In this document: piece after piece, positions 25,334 to 35,669 of the stretch
How the letters are laid out: each line of letters opens with the position of its first letter
Position numbering within the stretch: the stretch's first letter is position 1
NCBI GenBank assembly: GCA_028716825.1
Contig: JAQUPA010000002.1
Coordinates: forward strand, 1-56,630
Length of the DNA: 56,630 nucleotides
Direction: 5' to 3'
Source of the DNA: Minisyncoccota bacterium
GTDB lineage: Bacteria; Patescibacteriota; Minisyncoccia; Minisyncoccales; GCA-002788555
Translations under genes and position numbers: made by a program
The notes under the pieces: model-generated
What the model saw: only the letters and a program-made list of their open reading frames with translations
Told to the model about the DNA's origin: nothing
Databases searched by the model: none

Positions 25334-26005
25334 TTATTTTAGTTTAAAAGAAAATTCAAATTCTACCTCTTGCGCTTTTAAAATATTTTGCAAAGGAGAA
25401 ACCAAGGACATAAATTCTGACTGAGATCTAAGATTTTTCTCAAAAATAATAACTTGTTCTCTTTTTTTAGCAATTCCAGAAATTTTCACTTCGTAATATT
25501 GCTGCTGTTCCTGTTGTTGATTGTTCGTCTCTGTTGCCGTAGTTGTTGTTGGAGTGGGAGTAGTTTGGCTCTGAGTCTCTTCTGAAGAATCTCCTTCTGC
25601 TGCCGGAGAAGTAGCGGTTGTCTCTCCTTGTGTCTTCTTTTCAATGGTTAATTCTGTAAAGTAAATTCCGCTCGGTACCAAAGCAGATATCTTCTCAATT
25701 GTTGTTGAAAAATAAACTATGTCTTTTTGCGCACTATAAACTTTATCAATAAAATCATTCGATTTTAAAACTTGATCATCTAAGGCTATCATATCCTTAA
25801 TTAATTTGTCTTTTTTAATTTCTTCAAGGGATCTTTTTTGATCAGATGACAAAAATTTCAAAGAAAAATCAGCACTTAGAAGTAGAAAAAAAACAATAAG
25901 AAGGGCGAGAAAAAGCGATTTTAAAATACCAACACCAATTAAATATAGTCTTTCTTTTTCTATTTCTTCTTTTTGTTCTGTGGGAAGAAGATTAAAAGTT
26001 AACAT
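25334..26005 (-). CDS. PilN-like pilus assembly protein
   Basis: N-terminal FNLLP motif followed by a TM helix; Thr/Gln-rich linker. Confidence 0.55.
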   Translation of the reverse strand: MLTFNLLPTEQKEEIEKERLYLIGVGILKSLFLALLIVFFLLLSADFSLKFLSSDQKRSLEEIKKDKLIKDMIALDDQVLKSNDFIDKVYSAQKDIVYFSTTIEKISALVPSGIYFTELTIEKKTQGETTATSPAAEGDSSEETQSQTTPTPTTTTATETNNQQQEQQQYYEVKISGIAKKREQVIIFEKNLRSQSEFMSLVSPLQNILKAQEVEFEFSFKLK

Positions 26006-26009
26006 AGAT

Positions 26010-27257
26010 TCAAATTATTTCTGCCGTTGCTCCTCTTATAGCAAGACCCACAACTGTTGTGTATGATAAAAAATCACGCACCGAAGGGTTTTTAGTTATG
26101 TTTTTTGAAATAGAAATTTTTTCTGGAATATTTGCTATTTCCGTTGAAACATTTAATGAGGCGTGAATAAAATCAGTAAAACCTATTAATCTTGATTCTC
26201 CTCCACAAACTATGATTTTTTCAATTGAACCAACAGGAATTTCTTTCGTTTCCTTAAAATCTTTAAAATAATCAATATACTGTTTAATTTGCTCTGAAAG
26301 ATCGGTAAGGATCGGAACAAGAGCATTAAAAACTTTTTCTGCATCGACTTCATCTTCTTTTTCTCCTATTTTTTTCTCACCTTCAATTTTAGGAGTTTTA
26401 ACATCGGCAACTAGATTTGTTAGTGGAAAATTAATTTTAGAAAGTTTTATACCTTGTTTTTGAAGACCAGCAAGACCCACCTTTCTTTTTATCTTCTCCG
26501 CCCTATCAAGACTTACCCCTAAAGACTTAGATATTACTTCGACAAACTTCTGTCCTGATATATCAATGTGCGAAGTGAATAAGATCGTCTCTCCAGAAAA
26601 AAATGTAAGACCAGCGCCACACTTCCCTATGTCAAGAATGATTACCGGACGCTCTATATAACTTTTAATAAGACTTCTTACTGTTGCCATTGATTCAATC
26701 TCAAAAACTATTGGCTCAATGCCAGAATTTTTAAAAATAGAAAAATACGAGTTAATTACTTCTTTTGGCACAACCGATACACAAATTGGATGTGTCTCTT
26801 CTTGATTTTCTTTATTTTTCTCCTGTATTTTTTTTTGTTTTTTCTGGCTTTTTTCCTTTCCCTCAATGATTTGCCAATCAAAATAAACGTTCTGCATTTT
26901 TACAGGAAAGTTTGATTCAATTTGCCATTTTATTACATTTTCCATTTCTTCTTCTTTCATTCCTGGAATATTAATAACTTTTATAAAACTATTTTCTTCT
27001 GGCAATGAACAAATAGCTTTTTTTGTTTTAATCTTTGCCCCCAAGACACTATTTTTACATTCTTGAATTATTTTTATCAGCTCTTGTTCTTTGTCTTTAT
27101 TAATAATACCGTCGTTTATAAAGCCGGCTGGAATTTCTTTCTCGCCAAGACTTTTTAATACTAATTTAGATCCTTTCTTTTTTACTTGACCCATTTTAAC
27201 TGAACGATCAGATAGATCTATCCCAAACGCTTCAGTTTTTGGAAGAAATAATGGCAT
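26010..27257 (-). CDS. pilM: type IV pilus assembly ATPase-fold protein PilM
   Basis: actin-like fold motifs GIDLSDRSVKM, ILDIGKCGAGL, IIVCGGESRL. Confidence 0.8.
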   Translation of the reverse strand: MPLFLPKTEAFGIDLSDRSVKMGQVKKKGSKLVLKSLGEKEIPAGFINDGIINKDKEQELIKIIQECKNSVLGAKIKTKKAICSLPEENSFIKVINIPGMKEEEMENVIKWQIESNFPVKMQNVYFDWQIIEGKEKSQKKQKKIQEKNKENQEETHPICVSVVPKEVINSYFSIFKNSGIEPIVFEIESMATVRSLIKSYIERPVIILDIGKCGAGLTFFSGETILFTSHIDISGQKFVEVISKSLGVSLDRAEKIKRKVGLAGLQKQGIKLSKINFPLTNLVADVKTPKIEGEKKIGEKEDEVDAEKVFNALVPILTDLSEQIKQYIDYFKDFKETKEIPVGSIEKIIVCGGESRLIGFTDFIHASLNVSTEIANIPEKISISKNITKNPSVRDFLSYTTVVGLAIRGATAEII

Positions 27258-27328
27258 GATGGTAAATCAAAAATTAAAATTCGAAAAATGAAAGTTATTT
27301 AAGTATATCAAACAAAAACAACGTTTTC

Positions 27329-27376
27329 AAAACAAAATATAAAATTATTTCTAAAACAAAATATAAAATTACTTAT
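27329..27376. repeat. 24-bp tandem repeat in the intergenic region upstream of pilM
   Basis: AAAACAAAATATAAAATTATTTCT followed by AAAACAAAATATAAAATTACTTAT; a related 22-nt motif occurs at 24687-24710. Confidence 0.8.
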
Positions 27377-27399
27377 TTAAATTTATTGATTTTTCTTAT

Positions 27400-28737
27400 T
27401 TAATAAGTTTCTTCCCAGTGCTCAATTTGAACAATTGGAGAATATGTTGGATCGCCTATTGCTTCATTGATTAAATCATTATCTAATGTAATATTAAGTG
27501 CCTGCCAAACACTAACTAATGACATTTTTCTTGCCATCATGCCCCCAACAATATTAAAACTTGCCGGTAGACTAACTAGCGAAAGTTCATCATTAGCATA
27601 TAAAAGTCCGTTTATATTTATTGTTTCCAAAAAAAGTCCTGCCCCTATCTTTCTTTTTGTCATAAGTCCCGATGGCGTATCTGCTGGATGATTTATTGTT
27701 AATTGGCTATTTCCGCAACGCCAATTTAAAATATTTTTATACCAGCAACTCCTCTCGCCGATTGTAACATTGCCGTCAGCCACCAATGATCCGTTTACAG
27801 TAATTGTCTGACCGCCTCTTAACTCTATGGATCCCGTAACATAAGTCACAGCATTATTTAAAGTAAGGTTTTGATTATTCCACATAAGGTCTTCAAATTC
27901 TTCCGAGGTATAAACTGTCCCTAGGACCTGTGCTCTGCTTTTATAAGAAGCTGCGTCTGCCGAATCAAAATCAATCATCGGCATATCTATTTTTGATGGA
28001 GGGCGAGTAAATCCAGCGGCAAGACACGACGCCTCAGGATTGAAAATATTTTGAGCACACTGACCAGTTGATATAATTGTGCTTAACAAAGATTTATTAA
28101 TGTTGTTTGCTGCCGCAACTTTCCCTTCTTCTACATCTGTTGTTTCTGGATTATCATAAGCTCGAAGAGTGCTAACTAATTGAAGAATAATATTGTTGTT
28201 AGAAAACATATTTCCGTCATAAATATTCATATATCCTGCCATAAAACGAATAACTTCACTCGCACCCCCTGTAAATACAGCACTATTTTGTGTTGAACTT
28301 GGATTTAATGATTTAAATACTCTTGTTTTTACAACGCGCTGAACTGTATTACCATTAGGCAATAAAATTTCTGCTGTTGAGATTATATCACCCCTTGCAC
28401 ATTCAGAACTTTGAATAGTAACTGTATAAGAAGAATCTTGGGACAAAGTGTTTGTTCTTGTAAAGCTATCAGAAAAAGTTTCACAAGTCGCCGATTCTAC
28501 AAAATCATCTGCCCAAGCTTTATCTCCATCGCCAGTAGTTGTATCATACTGTAATTTCCAAATCGCCTCATTAATTCCAGCTTCTGCCAAATAATAAGCT
28601 TGTGATGCTTTTGAATGACTCTGGGAAATTCTCATCTCTGTTAAAACTAAATTTGAGAAATAAATAGCGACCATCAAAAGCAAAGAAACTGTAATTATAG
28701 CAAGCAAGGAAATAAAATTTTTTCTCTTTTTTTGCAT
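27400..28737 (-). CDS. PilX-like / minor-pilin-associated protein
   Basis: N-terminal hydrophobic helix then MRISQSHSKASQAYYLAEAGINEAI, as in PilX N-terminal domains. Confidence 0.5.
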   Translation of the reverse strand: MQKKRKNFISLLAIITVSLLLMVAIYFSNLVLTEMRISQSHSKASQAYYLAEAGINEAIWKLQYDTTTGDGDKAWADDFVESATCETFSDSFTRTNTLSQDSSYTVTIQSSECARGDIISTAEILLPNGNTVQRVVKTRVFKSLNPSSTQNSAVFTGGASEVIRFMAGYMNIYDGNMFSNNNIILQLVSTLRAYDNPETTDVEEGKVAAANNINKSLLSTIISTGQCAQNIFNPEASCLAAGFTRPPSKIDMPMIDFDSADAASYKSRAQVLGTVYTSEEFEDLMWNNQNLTLNNAVTYVTGSIELRGGQTITVNGSLVADGNVTIGERSCWYKNILNWRCGNSQLTINHPADTPSGLMTKRKIGAGLFLETININGLLYANDELSLVSLPASFNIVGGMMARKMSLVSVWQALNITLDNDLINEAIGDPTYSPIVQIEHWEETY

Positions 28738-28742
28738 AAATA

Positions 28743-29552
28743 TTATAAATTTCTTCCGTGAACTTTTGTAAAAAGATCCATGCTTTTATCACCTTTTGTA
28801 ATAGTCAAAGCAATATTTATAAGTGGATTTCCCCAAAATTCTAAACTTGTAATATATTCCCCGATTATCTCATCAATTAATATTTCTTCTACTAAAGTTT
28901 CTCCCGTGGGCGGAACTGCGTTCCAAGGAACATAATAAGTAGGGCTTGTATCGGAAAAATGGTAAATTAATACCTGCCTTCTTAAATTATTACTACCATC
29001 TTTAAAATAATAAATATAATAAAAGGAGCTATCTATTCTATAAATTGAAGTAGTAGTAGGTTGTATTTCCCATGCTCCTTTTACTGTTGCAACTTTCGAA
29101 GCACTATCATATTCAATAATTTCCTTTACTTGGCCTTCTCCAGTACCAGAAATAATTTTAATAAATGTTCCTTTGTAGTAATCATTTGTTTCGGAAGCCA
29201 AACCGTATAAAGTAATAGTATTTTCACTCACTGCTTGTGGATTTTGTTCTTCTGTTATTTGCGGAGCATGTCCGTCTTGAAATTTAATATTGTTTGGCGG
29301 ACTTAATTCTTCACTATCCCTTGTGTCAGGTAATACTGTTACTATTTCTTTTGCCTGGCGTAATTCCCTTGAAAGCCTTTCTAAAACTATTCTGCCGTTC
29401 TGTATAACCTCTCCCGCTTCTTCTCCTTTTCTGTAAGCTCGTTGATGTAATAAATATAAAGAATAAATGCTTAGCATAATGCCAGTTGCAACAGCTATTG
29501 CAACTACTGTCTCTGTGGCGGTAAAAGCTATATTTTTCTTTCTTTTTTTCAT
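28743..29552 (-). CDS. prepilin-type N-terminal domain protein (minor pilin-like)
   Basis: KKNIAFTATETVVAIAV: degenerate prepilin cleavage/methylation motif with Glu at +5. Confidence 0.55.
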   Translation of the reverse strand: MKKRKKNIAFTATETVVAIAVATGIMLSIYSLYLLHQRAYRKGEEAGEVIQNGRIVLERLSRELRQAKEIVTVLPDTRDSEELSPPNNIKFQDGHAPQITEEQNPQAVSENTITLYGLASETNDYYKGTFIKIISGTGEGQVKEIIEYDSASKVATVKGAWEIQPTTTSIYRIDSSFYYIYYFKDGSNNLRRQVLIYHFSDTSPTYYVPWNAVPPTGETLVEEILIDEIIGEYITSLEFWGNPLINIALTITKGDKSMDLFTKVHGRNL

Positions 29553-29557
29553 AAAAA

Positions 29558-29995
29558 TTATCTGTTTGTAATAATTGTACTCAAGACAATACTATCTTCT
29601 CCCACATCAAAAGACGCGTCCCAAAATAAAGTTACATTGATTTTCTTCATGTTTGTATCGCTGACAGATTCCTCAAAACCGGGAGGATTAACGTATGTTA
29701 TAGAAATATTTCTTCTAAAAGATGCATCTTCTGCAACGGGATTTTCTGTTTCCTCACAAGGAGGAATATTACCTGAACAATTTATTTCCTCATACGACAA
29801 AAGTGAAAGCTCTTCGATTTTTGCTTGCGCAAGTTCAACTGCCCTACTTCTCATTTCAGATGATCTTTCAACTTTTAAACTTAGAGGAAAAATCCTTGTT
29901 ACCGAAACAAAAGCTACGGTTATAATAAAAACAGCTAAAAGTGATTCTATCAATGTAAAAGAGTTTTTTTTAATTCCTGGAGATGATTTTTCCAT
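29558..29995 (-). CDS. type IV pilin-like protein
   Basis: KKNSFTLIESLLAVFII prepilin motif. Confidence 0.7.
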   Translation of the reverse strand: MEKSSPGIKKNSFTLIESLLAVFIITVAFVSVTRIFPLSLKVERSSEMRSRAVELAQAKIEELSLLSYEEINCSGNIPPCEETENPVAEDASFRRNISITYVNPPGFEESVSDTNMKKINVTLFWDASFDVGEDSIVLSTIITNR

Positions 29996-30004
29996 TTTTT
30001 TCTT

Positions 30005-30451
30005 TTATTGCATTTTTACAAAACCAGATGGCTTTATTTCGATTGTTTTTGTTTTTGATTCCAGGTTAATTAAAATCACGGTTCCCCGTTCCTCTACCGC
30101 CCCATAAGGATTAAACCTTACTCTTTCTAAAGTAAGGCCCTCTATGGATTGATAAGAAACTCCTTGCGGAAGGCTTGCTTCTTTTATGATGACTTCCTCT
30201 GCACCGTACCTTATTACTTGGTATTTTTTTTCAATCTGGCAAAATTTAATTCCGTGTTTTACTTGCTCCGAAACTGCAAGCTGCTGGGCATAACGAAGAT
30301 CTGTTACTATATCTCTTGCAATACCACTTAAATTCATTATTGGCTGATAGTTTTTTATAGCAACAACACTTATGCCGCTTATAATTCCAATAACAGAAAC
30401 AACGACTAATACCTCTACTAAGGTGAATGCTTTTTTGTATTTTTTTGCCAT
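30005..30451 (-). CDS. type IV pilin-like protein
   Basis: KKAFTLVEVLVVVSVIGII prepilin motif. Confidence 0.75.
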   Translation of the reverse strand: MAKKYKKAFTLVEVLVVVSVIGIISGISVVAIKNYQPIMNLSGIARDIVTDLRYAQQLAVSEQVKHGIKFCQIEKKYQVIRYGAEEVIIKEASLPQGVSYQSIEGLTLERVRFNPYGAVEERGTVILINLESKTKTIEIKPSGFVKMQ

Positions 30452-30465
30452 GTGGTATTTAAATC

Positions 30466-31674
30466 TTATAGCCTATTCATCATTGAATACATTGGGCCAA
30501 TAATTGAAATTGCAAAAACGGCTACTGCAATTCCGATTATAACCATAAGAACCGGTTCAATTATTGTTGATAAGTTTTTGGTAATTCTATCTAACTCAGT
30601 TTCATAAAAATCGGCAAGATCATTTAAAACTTCTCCCATATTTCCTGTCTCCTCTCCCACTTCTACCATCTGAATTAACAAGAAAGAAAAAAGATTTTCA
30701 TGACTTATAAGAGATTCTTTAAGTGTTCTCCCTTTTTGAATTTGATCTGCTACATCTCTTAACGCGTCTTTATATAATTTATTTGTAAGGGTAGTAGAGA
30801 GAATATTTAAGCTTTTTACAATAGGAACACCACTTTTTATTAAGGAACTTAAAGTTCGAGCAGTTCTTGCTGTGTTTAATTTTTTAAAAATCTGGCCAAC
30901 CACGGGAATCTTTAAAGACAATTTATCGAAAGCCAACTTTCCTTTTTTACTTTTTTTAACCCTTATAAATAAAAAAACGAGTAAAACTATTATTACTGGA
31001 ATTAAATACCAAAACTTAGCAAGATAGTCCCCAAAAGACAATATAATTTGGGTTATAACGGGCGTCTCAACTTCCATCTCTTCAAAAGTTTTAGAAAATT
31101 GCGGTAAAATAAAAATCATCATCCCGGTCCCTATAACTGCCATCAAGCATAGAAGAACTATGGGATACATCATGGCTCCCTTAACTTTGCTTATAACCTC
31201 CTGATCTTTTTTCATTTGTTCGGCAAGAGTTTCAAGGACGTCTTTTAAATTACCCGTCTCCTCTGCTACTCTTACCATATTGACATAAAGCTCACTAAAA
31301 ACTTGGGGATGCTTTTTAAGAGCTTCTGAAAATTGCTCTCCTCTAAGAACATCTTCTCTCATTTTTGATATTACTTCCTTAAATTTATCACTTTCCGCCT
31401 GATTGGCTAAAACATCTAAAGATTTATCAAAAGGAAAACCGGCCCCTATCATAACTGAGAGGTGCCGAGTAAATATCATTTTATCTGTAAGTTTTATCTT
31501 CCCACTTTTTAATTTGAATATTTTCCGCTTATTTTCTTTGTTACCATCTGTAGAAATTAAAATAAGATTTTTTTTCATTAATAATTTAGCAAGTTCCTCT
31601 TTGCTTTTTGCTTTCTCTGTCCCAAATACTGTTTCTCCATTCATTTCTTTTGCCTGATATTCATATATTGGCAT
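30466..31674 (-). CDS. pilC: type IV pilus platform protein PilC (GspF family)
   Basis: two T2SSF-type repeats, three TM segments, 402 aa. Confidence 0.9.
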   Translation of the reverse strand: MPIYEYQAKEMNGETVFGTEKAKSKEELAKLLMKKNLILISTDGNKENKRKIFKLKSGKIKLTDKMIFTRHLSVMIGAGFPFDKSLDVLANQAESDKFKEVISKMREDVLRGEQFSEALKKHPQVFSELYVNMVRVAEETGNLKDVLETLAEQMKKDQEVISKVKGAMMYPIVLLCLMAVIGTGMMIFILPQFSKTFEEMEVETPVITQIILSFGDYLAKFWYLIPVIIVLLVFLFIRVKKSKKGKLAFDKLSLKIPVVGQIFKKLNTARTARTLSSLIKSGVPIVKSLNILSTTLTNKLYKDALRDVADQIQKGRTLKESLISHENLFSFLLIQMVEVGEETGNMGEVLNDLADFYETELDRITKNLSTIIEPVLMVIIGIAVAVFAISIIGPMYSMMNRL

Positions 31675-31686
31675 ATATAAAAATAT

Positions 31687-33444
31687 TTATTTCTCTGTAG
31701 CAACTCTTAAAACCTCTTCAATGCTAGTTAATCTCCTTGCTGCTTTTACAAAACCATCCTCGAACATTGTTAACATTTTTTCCTTTTCTGCCTGTACTTG
31801 AATTTCGTCAGCCGATCTTTCTTTGATAATCAGTTCTTTAATGGCGTCGCTAACAGATAAAACTTCATAAATACCAACTCTTCCTTTATAGCCACCTTCT
31901 ACTCCTTTAGTTTTTTTTGGTCTTCCAAATTTAATATTTTCCCAACCCTGATCTTTCTTAATAATTTTTTCTTCTTTAAATATGTTTAAAATTTTTTCCA
32001 TATTATATTGCTTTGCAAGGCTCTGTATCTCTTCTTTTTTAAAATAATATTCTTCCATGTCAGAAGCAAGTTTCCTTACAAGCCTTTGAGCCACCACAAG
32101 TCTCAGGGTTGATGCCGCAAGAAATGGTTCAACTCCCATATCAATGAGTCTTGGTACTGCGCCCGCGGCAGTATTTGTGTGTAGGGTCGAAAGGACTAAG
32201 TGTCCTGTAAGGGCAGCGTTTATTGCAAGTTCTGCTGTTTCTTTGTCTCTAATTTCCCCTACCATAATAATATCTGGATCCTGTCTTACAAGAGACCTTA
32301 ATCCTGAAGCAAAAGTAAACCCAATTTCCGGTTTTACTTGGCTTTGATTTATCCGAGGCATTGTATATTCAATAGGATCCTCAACGGTAGAAATATTTAC
32401 CCCCGGGGTATTTAAAATATCCATTACGGAATAAAGAGTTGTTGTTTTCCCAGAACCCGTAGGCCCCGTTACTAGAATTAAACCATTAGGACGCTTAATA
32501 TTGACGTGAACGTCTTCTAGTAAATCTCCCCAAAACCCTAATTCTTCAAGGGTAAAAGCTTTTGAAGTTTCCGGCAACAATCTCATCACAATCTTTTCAC
32601 CATAAAAAGTAGGTAAAATAGAAACTCTAAAAGAAATTTTGTATTCTTCTGTCTCTATTTTGAAACGACCATCCTGAGGAAGACGATGTTCGTCTAATTT
32701 GAGAGAAGAAAGCACTTTAATTCTTGCTATAATACCAGGTTGCACTCTCTTTGGAAGCACCATGGCATCATGTAAAATACCATCAATTCTATACCTTACA
32801 ACTACCTCTTTCTCGCCGGGTTCTACATGAATATCAGATGCCCTTTGTAATATTGCGTGCTTTAAAAGCACGTCTACAATTTTTATAATAGGTAATTCTT
32901 CTGCTGCTTTTACAAGTTCATTTTTCTCTTCGGTCTTCTTGTCTTTATCATCTGAAACATGCTTTATTTCCGAAACTTTTTCTTTAATAATTGACCCGAA
33001 TTCAGACTCTAAACTTTCCTCATATTGTATTAGAGCATTTTTTATACTAGAAGGAGTTGTTAGACGAGGAAGAACTTTTAAGTTTGCTTTCTTTTTAATA
33101 AATTCAATTGTTTGCAAGTCTTCTGGATTCAACATCGCAACTTCAAGGTTTCTGTCCTCTTTTTTGTAAGATACAATGTTATGTTTCCTCGCAATTGGCT
33201 GAGGAATGATTTTAAGAACGCTTAAAGGAATTTTCTCTTTTTCAAGGTTTATAAAAGGAATACCCAAAATATATGCTTTTAAGTGAATTAAATCTTCTTC
33301 CTTAATTAATCCATCATGTATTAAAATATCTTCAATTTTTTTTCCTGTCTTTGTAGCTTTATTATCTGCTTTTTCAAGATCTTCTTTTTTTACCAACCCA
33401 GAGTCCAATATAAAAGCCTTTAATTGTTGTGGCTCAACTCTCAT
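31687..33444 (-). CDS. pilB: type IV pilus assembly ATPase PilB (GspE family)
   Basis: N-terminal GspE-N-like domain; Walker A GPTGSGKTTTLYS; Asp and His boxes. Confidence 0.95.
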   Translation of the reverse strand: MRVEPQQLKAFILDSGLVKKEDLEKADNKATKTGKKIEDILIHDGLIKEEDLIHLKAYILGIPFINLEKEKIPLSVLKIIPQPIARKHNIVSYKKEDRNLEVAMLNPEDLQTIEFIKKKANLKVLPRLTTPSSIKNALIQYEESLESEFGSIIKEKVSEIKHVSDDKDKKTEEKNELVKAAEELPIIKIVDVLLKHAILQRASDIHVEPGEKEVVVRYRIDGILHDAMVLPKRVQPGIIARIKVLSSLKLDEHRLPQDGRFKIETEEYKISFRVSILPTFYGEKIVMRLLPETSKAFTLEELGFWGDLLEDVHVNIKRPNGLILVTGPTGSGKTTTLYSVMDILNTPGVNISTVEDPIEYTMPRINQSQVKPEIGFTFASGLRSLVRQDPDIIMVGEIRDKETAELAINAALTGHLVLSTLHTNTAAGAVPRLIDMGVEPFLAASTLRLVVAQRLVRKLASDMEEYYFKKEEIQSLAKQYNMEKILNIFKEEKIIKKDQGWENIKFGRPKKTKGVEGGYKGRVGIYEVLSVSDAIKELIIKERSADEIQVQAEKEKMLTMFEDGFVKAARRLTSIEEVLRVATEK

Positions 33445-33459
33445 AAAAATTTATTTTTT

Positions 33460-33828
33460 TTAAGATTCTATATACTGTTTAACTTTTTCTGCTATATCTT
33501 TTAATTCATAATCTGACTTTACAAGATAGGTAGTCGCTCCAAGAGATAAACTTTTCTCTATGTCCTTTGGATTCTCAAGATTAGTTAGAACAATAATTGG
33601 AATTTTCTCTGTTTTTTTATCTTTCTTTAACTCTTCTAAAACCTCAAAACCATCTTTCTTGGGCAAAATAATATCAAGCAATATAAGATTGGGTTCTTCT
33701 GTTTTTGCCATATTTAAACCGATTTCTCCATCCAGAGCATGAATCACTTCATAACCTTCTTTTTTAAGAAACTCGCCTACTGATTTTTGAAGACTAAACT
33801 CATCTTCAATAAATAATATCTTTTTCAT
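33460..33828 (-). CDS. single-domain response regulator
   Basis: ILFIEDE, LILLDIILPKKDG, YLVKS. Confidence 0.85.
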   Translation of the reverse strand: MKKILFIEDEFSLQKSVGEFLKKEGYEVIHALDGEIGLNMAKTEEPNLILLDIILPKKDGFEVLEELKKDKKTEKIPIIVLTNLENPKDIEKSLSLGATTYLVKSDYELKDIAEKVKQYIES

Positions 33829-33920
33829 AAATTTTTGAGCTTAGCGAGAAAATTTAATGCGTTAGCTTCCTAAATTTTTTGAGCAACGCGATAAAAATTT
33901 AATGCGTAAACTCCATTTTT

Positions 33921-34844
33921 TCATTTTAAGGGTAATAAAAACCAAAAAGTACTACCCTCGTTTTCTTTTGATATAAAACCGACCTTTCCTTTAAGCTCGT
34001 TTATAATAGCTTTTACTATATAAAGACTCAGACCAAGCCCCTTTGTCTGATAACGAAAAATATTACTACTTCGAAAAAATTTATCAAAAATTTTTTTCTG
34101 TTCTTCTTCTGGAATTCCAACTCCTTTGTCTAAAACAGAAAATTTTACCATTTGTTTATCTTTTTCGAGAGAAATTTTTACAACATCACTTCCTTTACTG
34201 TACCCAACAGCGTTATCTAAAAGGTTTTCTATTACTTGCTCGACTGCTTGAGGATCTGTTATTATTTTGGGAACTTTTTTTGAAGAAAAATCAATCTTGA
34301 CATTACTATCTTTAATTAAAGGATTAAGTTTTTTAATAACTTTCTCCACAATTTCCTTTAAATCTACTTTCTCTCCTTTTGGAGACCATCTTTTTTGTTC
34401 AATCCTGGAAGCCGTTAACATATTATTTATTAATTTTAACATTCTTTCGTTTTGAGCCCGGATCATTTCAAAATGCTCCTTATCTTTCCCTACACAACCC
34501 TCGCTCATAGCTAAATCAATTGTCCATTTTAAGTTGGTAAGAGGCGTTTTTAATTCATGAGAAACTATATTCATAAATTCAGATTTTAATAAATTGGCCT
34601 CTGCTAAATTCTGAAAACTGTTTACTATAATGTAATTAAGAGCTAAAAGTATGACAGCGATTCCCATAATCACTAAAGACAATTGTTCTGGCTCTAAATA
34701 ACGATTACCAACATAATAGGCTATAAGAATTGCTGCCACTATAAAACATCCCAGCACAAAAAAGATAAAGGGGGGATATTCAAAAAGAGGTAAATTATAT
34801 TTTTTATAATCAGAAAATATATTTATTTTTTTAAAAAATACCAT
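33921..34844 (-). CDS. sensor histidine kinase
   Basis: two TM helices; H-box SHELKTPLT; DNAVGYS; DKGVGI; GLGLSLYI. Confidence 0.85.
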   Translation of the reverse strand: MVFFKKINIFSDYKKYNLPLFEYPPFIFFVLGCFIVAAILIAYYVGNRYLEPEQLSLVIMGIAVILLALNYIIVNSFQNLAEANLLKSEFMNIVSHELKTPLTNLKWTIDLAMSEGCVGKDKEHFEMIRAQNERMLKLINNMLTASRIEQKRWSPKGEKVDLKEIVEKVIKKLNPLIKDSNVKIDFSSKKVPKIITDPQAVEQVIENLLDNAVGYSKGSDVVKISLEKDKQMVKFSVLDKGVGIPEEEQKKIFDKFFRSSNIFRYQTKGLGLSLYIVKAIINELKGKVGFISKENEGSTFWFLLPLK

Positions 34845-34929
34845 ATTTGAGTTTTATAAATTTTAAATAAATAATTTATTTTTTACTAAGTCAGTCTTAT
34901 TTAAATTATATAATTATATAATAATAAAG

Positions 34930-35667
34930 TTAAATTACAAACACTTTTTCTTGAATAATATAATAGAGATAATACTTTGTAATTTTCTTTAATTCTTCTT
35001 TTTGATAATTGTTAATTTTAAGTTTTTCCAGAATATTTTCGTCTTTATGAATAATTAATCTTAATATCTTAATAATATCTCTTGATATTTCTTTACCTCT
35101 TTTCTCTTTATTTTGAATGTGTTCTGCGTCAATTAACCCCCCATCTTTTGCAGAGAAGAAAATCTTTCCTTCGTTTATTTTCTTTTCGCATTCAATACAA
35201 TAATAAAGCTCGGGTTCAAAACCCAAAAAGGAAAAAAGAACCCACTCAAAATATCTTACAAAAAGCCATTCACTTCCTGGTTTATTTTTTTTAATTTTTT
35301 TTAATGTCTCAAGAAGTAAATTCCAAATTTCTTCATCTTTCTCCTCTCCATTTACAAGTTTGTTTAAAATATCAGAAATATAAAGTGCCATCCTAAATAA
35401 TTTCGGATTTTCTTTTATTTCCGAAAAATCTTCTTTTAATATAGCATCAGTTACTATATTAAAGTTCTTACCTTTAACAAACTCAAGATTAATTAAGTTT
35501 AAAATCTGGAGACCTCCTTTTAATTTTGCTTGTGGTTTTCTAATTGCTTTTCCTAAAACCTCAATTTTGCCAAATTTTTTTGTGTATAAATAAAATAACT
35601 TATCATCTTCGCCCAGTTCTTTTTCGCCAATAACAACTGCTTTTGTCTTTATTGTTTCGTGAAGCAT
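34930..35667 (-). CDS. recO: DNA repair protein RecO
   Basis: OB-fold N-terminus and CIECEKK zinc motif. I prefer the ATG at 35667-35665 (2 nt after the ileS stop) over the track's TTG at 35694. Confidence 0.7.
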   Translation of the reverse strand: MLHETIKTKAVVIGEKELGEDDKLFYLYTKKFGKIEVLGKAIRKPQAKLKGGLQILNLINLEFVKGKNFNIVTDAILKEDFSEIKENPKLFRMALYISDILNKLVNGEEKDEEIWNLLLETLKKIKKNKPGSEWLFVRYFEWVLFSFLGFEPELYYCIECEKKINEGKIFFSAKDGGLIDAEHIQNKEKRGKEISRDIIKILRLIIHKDENILEKLKINNYQKEELKKITKYYLYYIIQEKVFVI

Positions 35668-35669
35668 AC

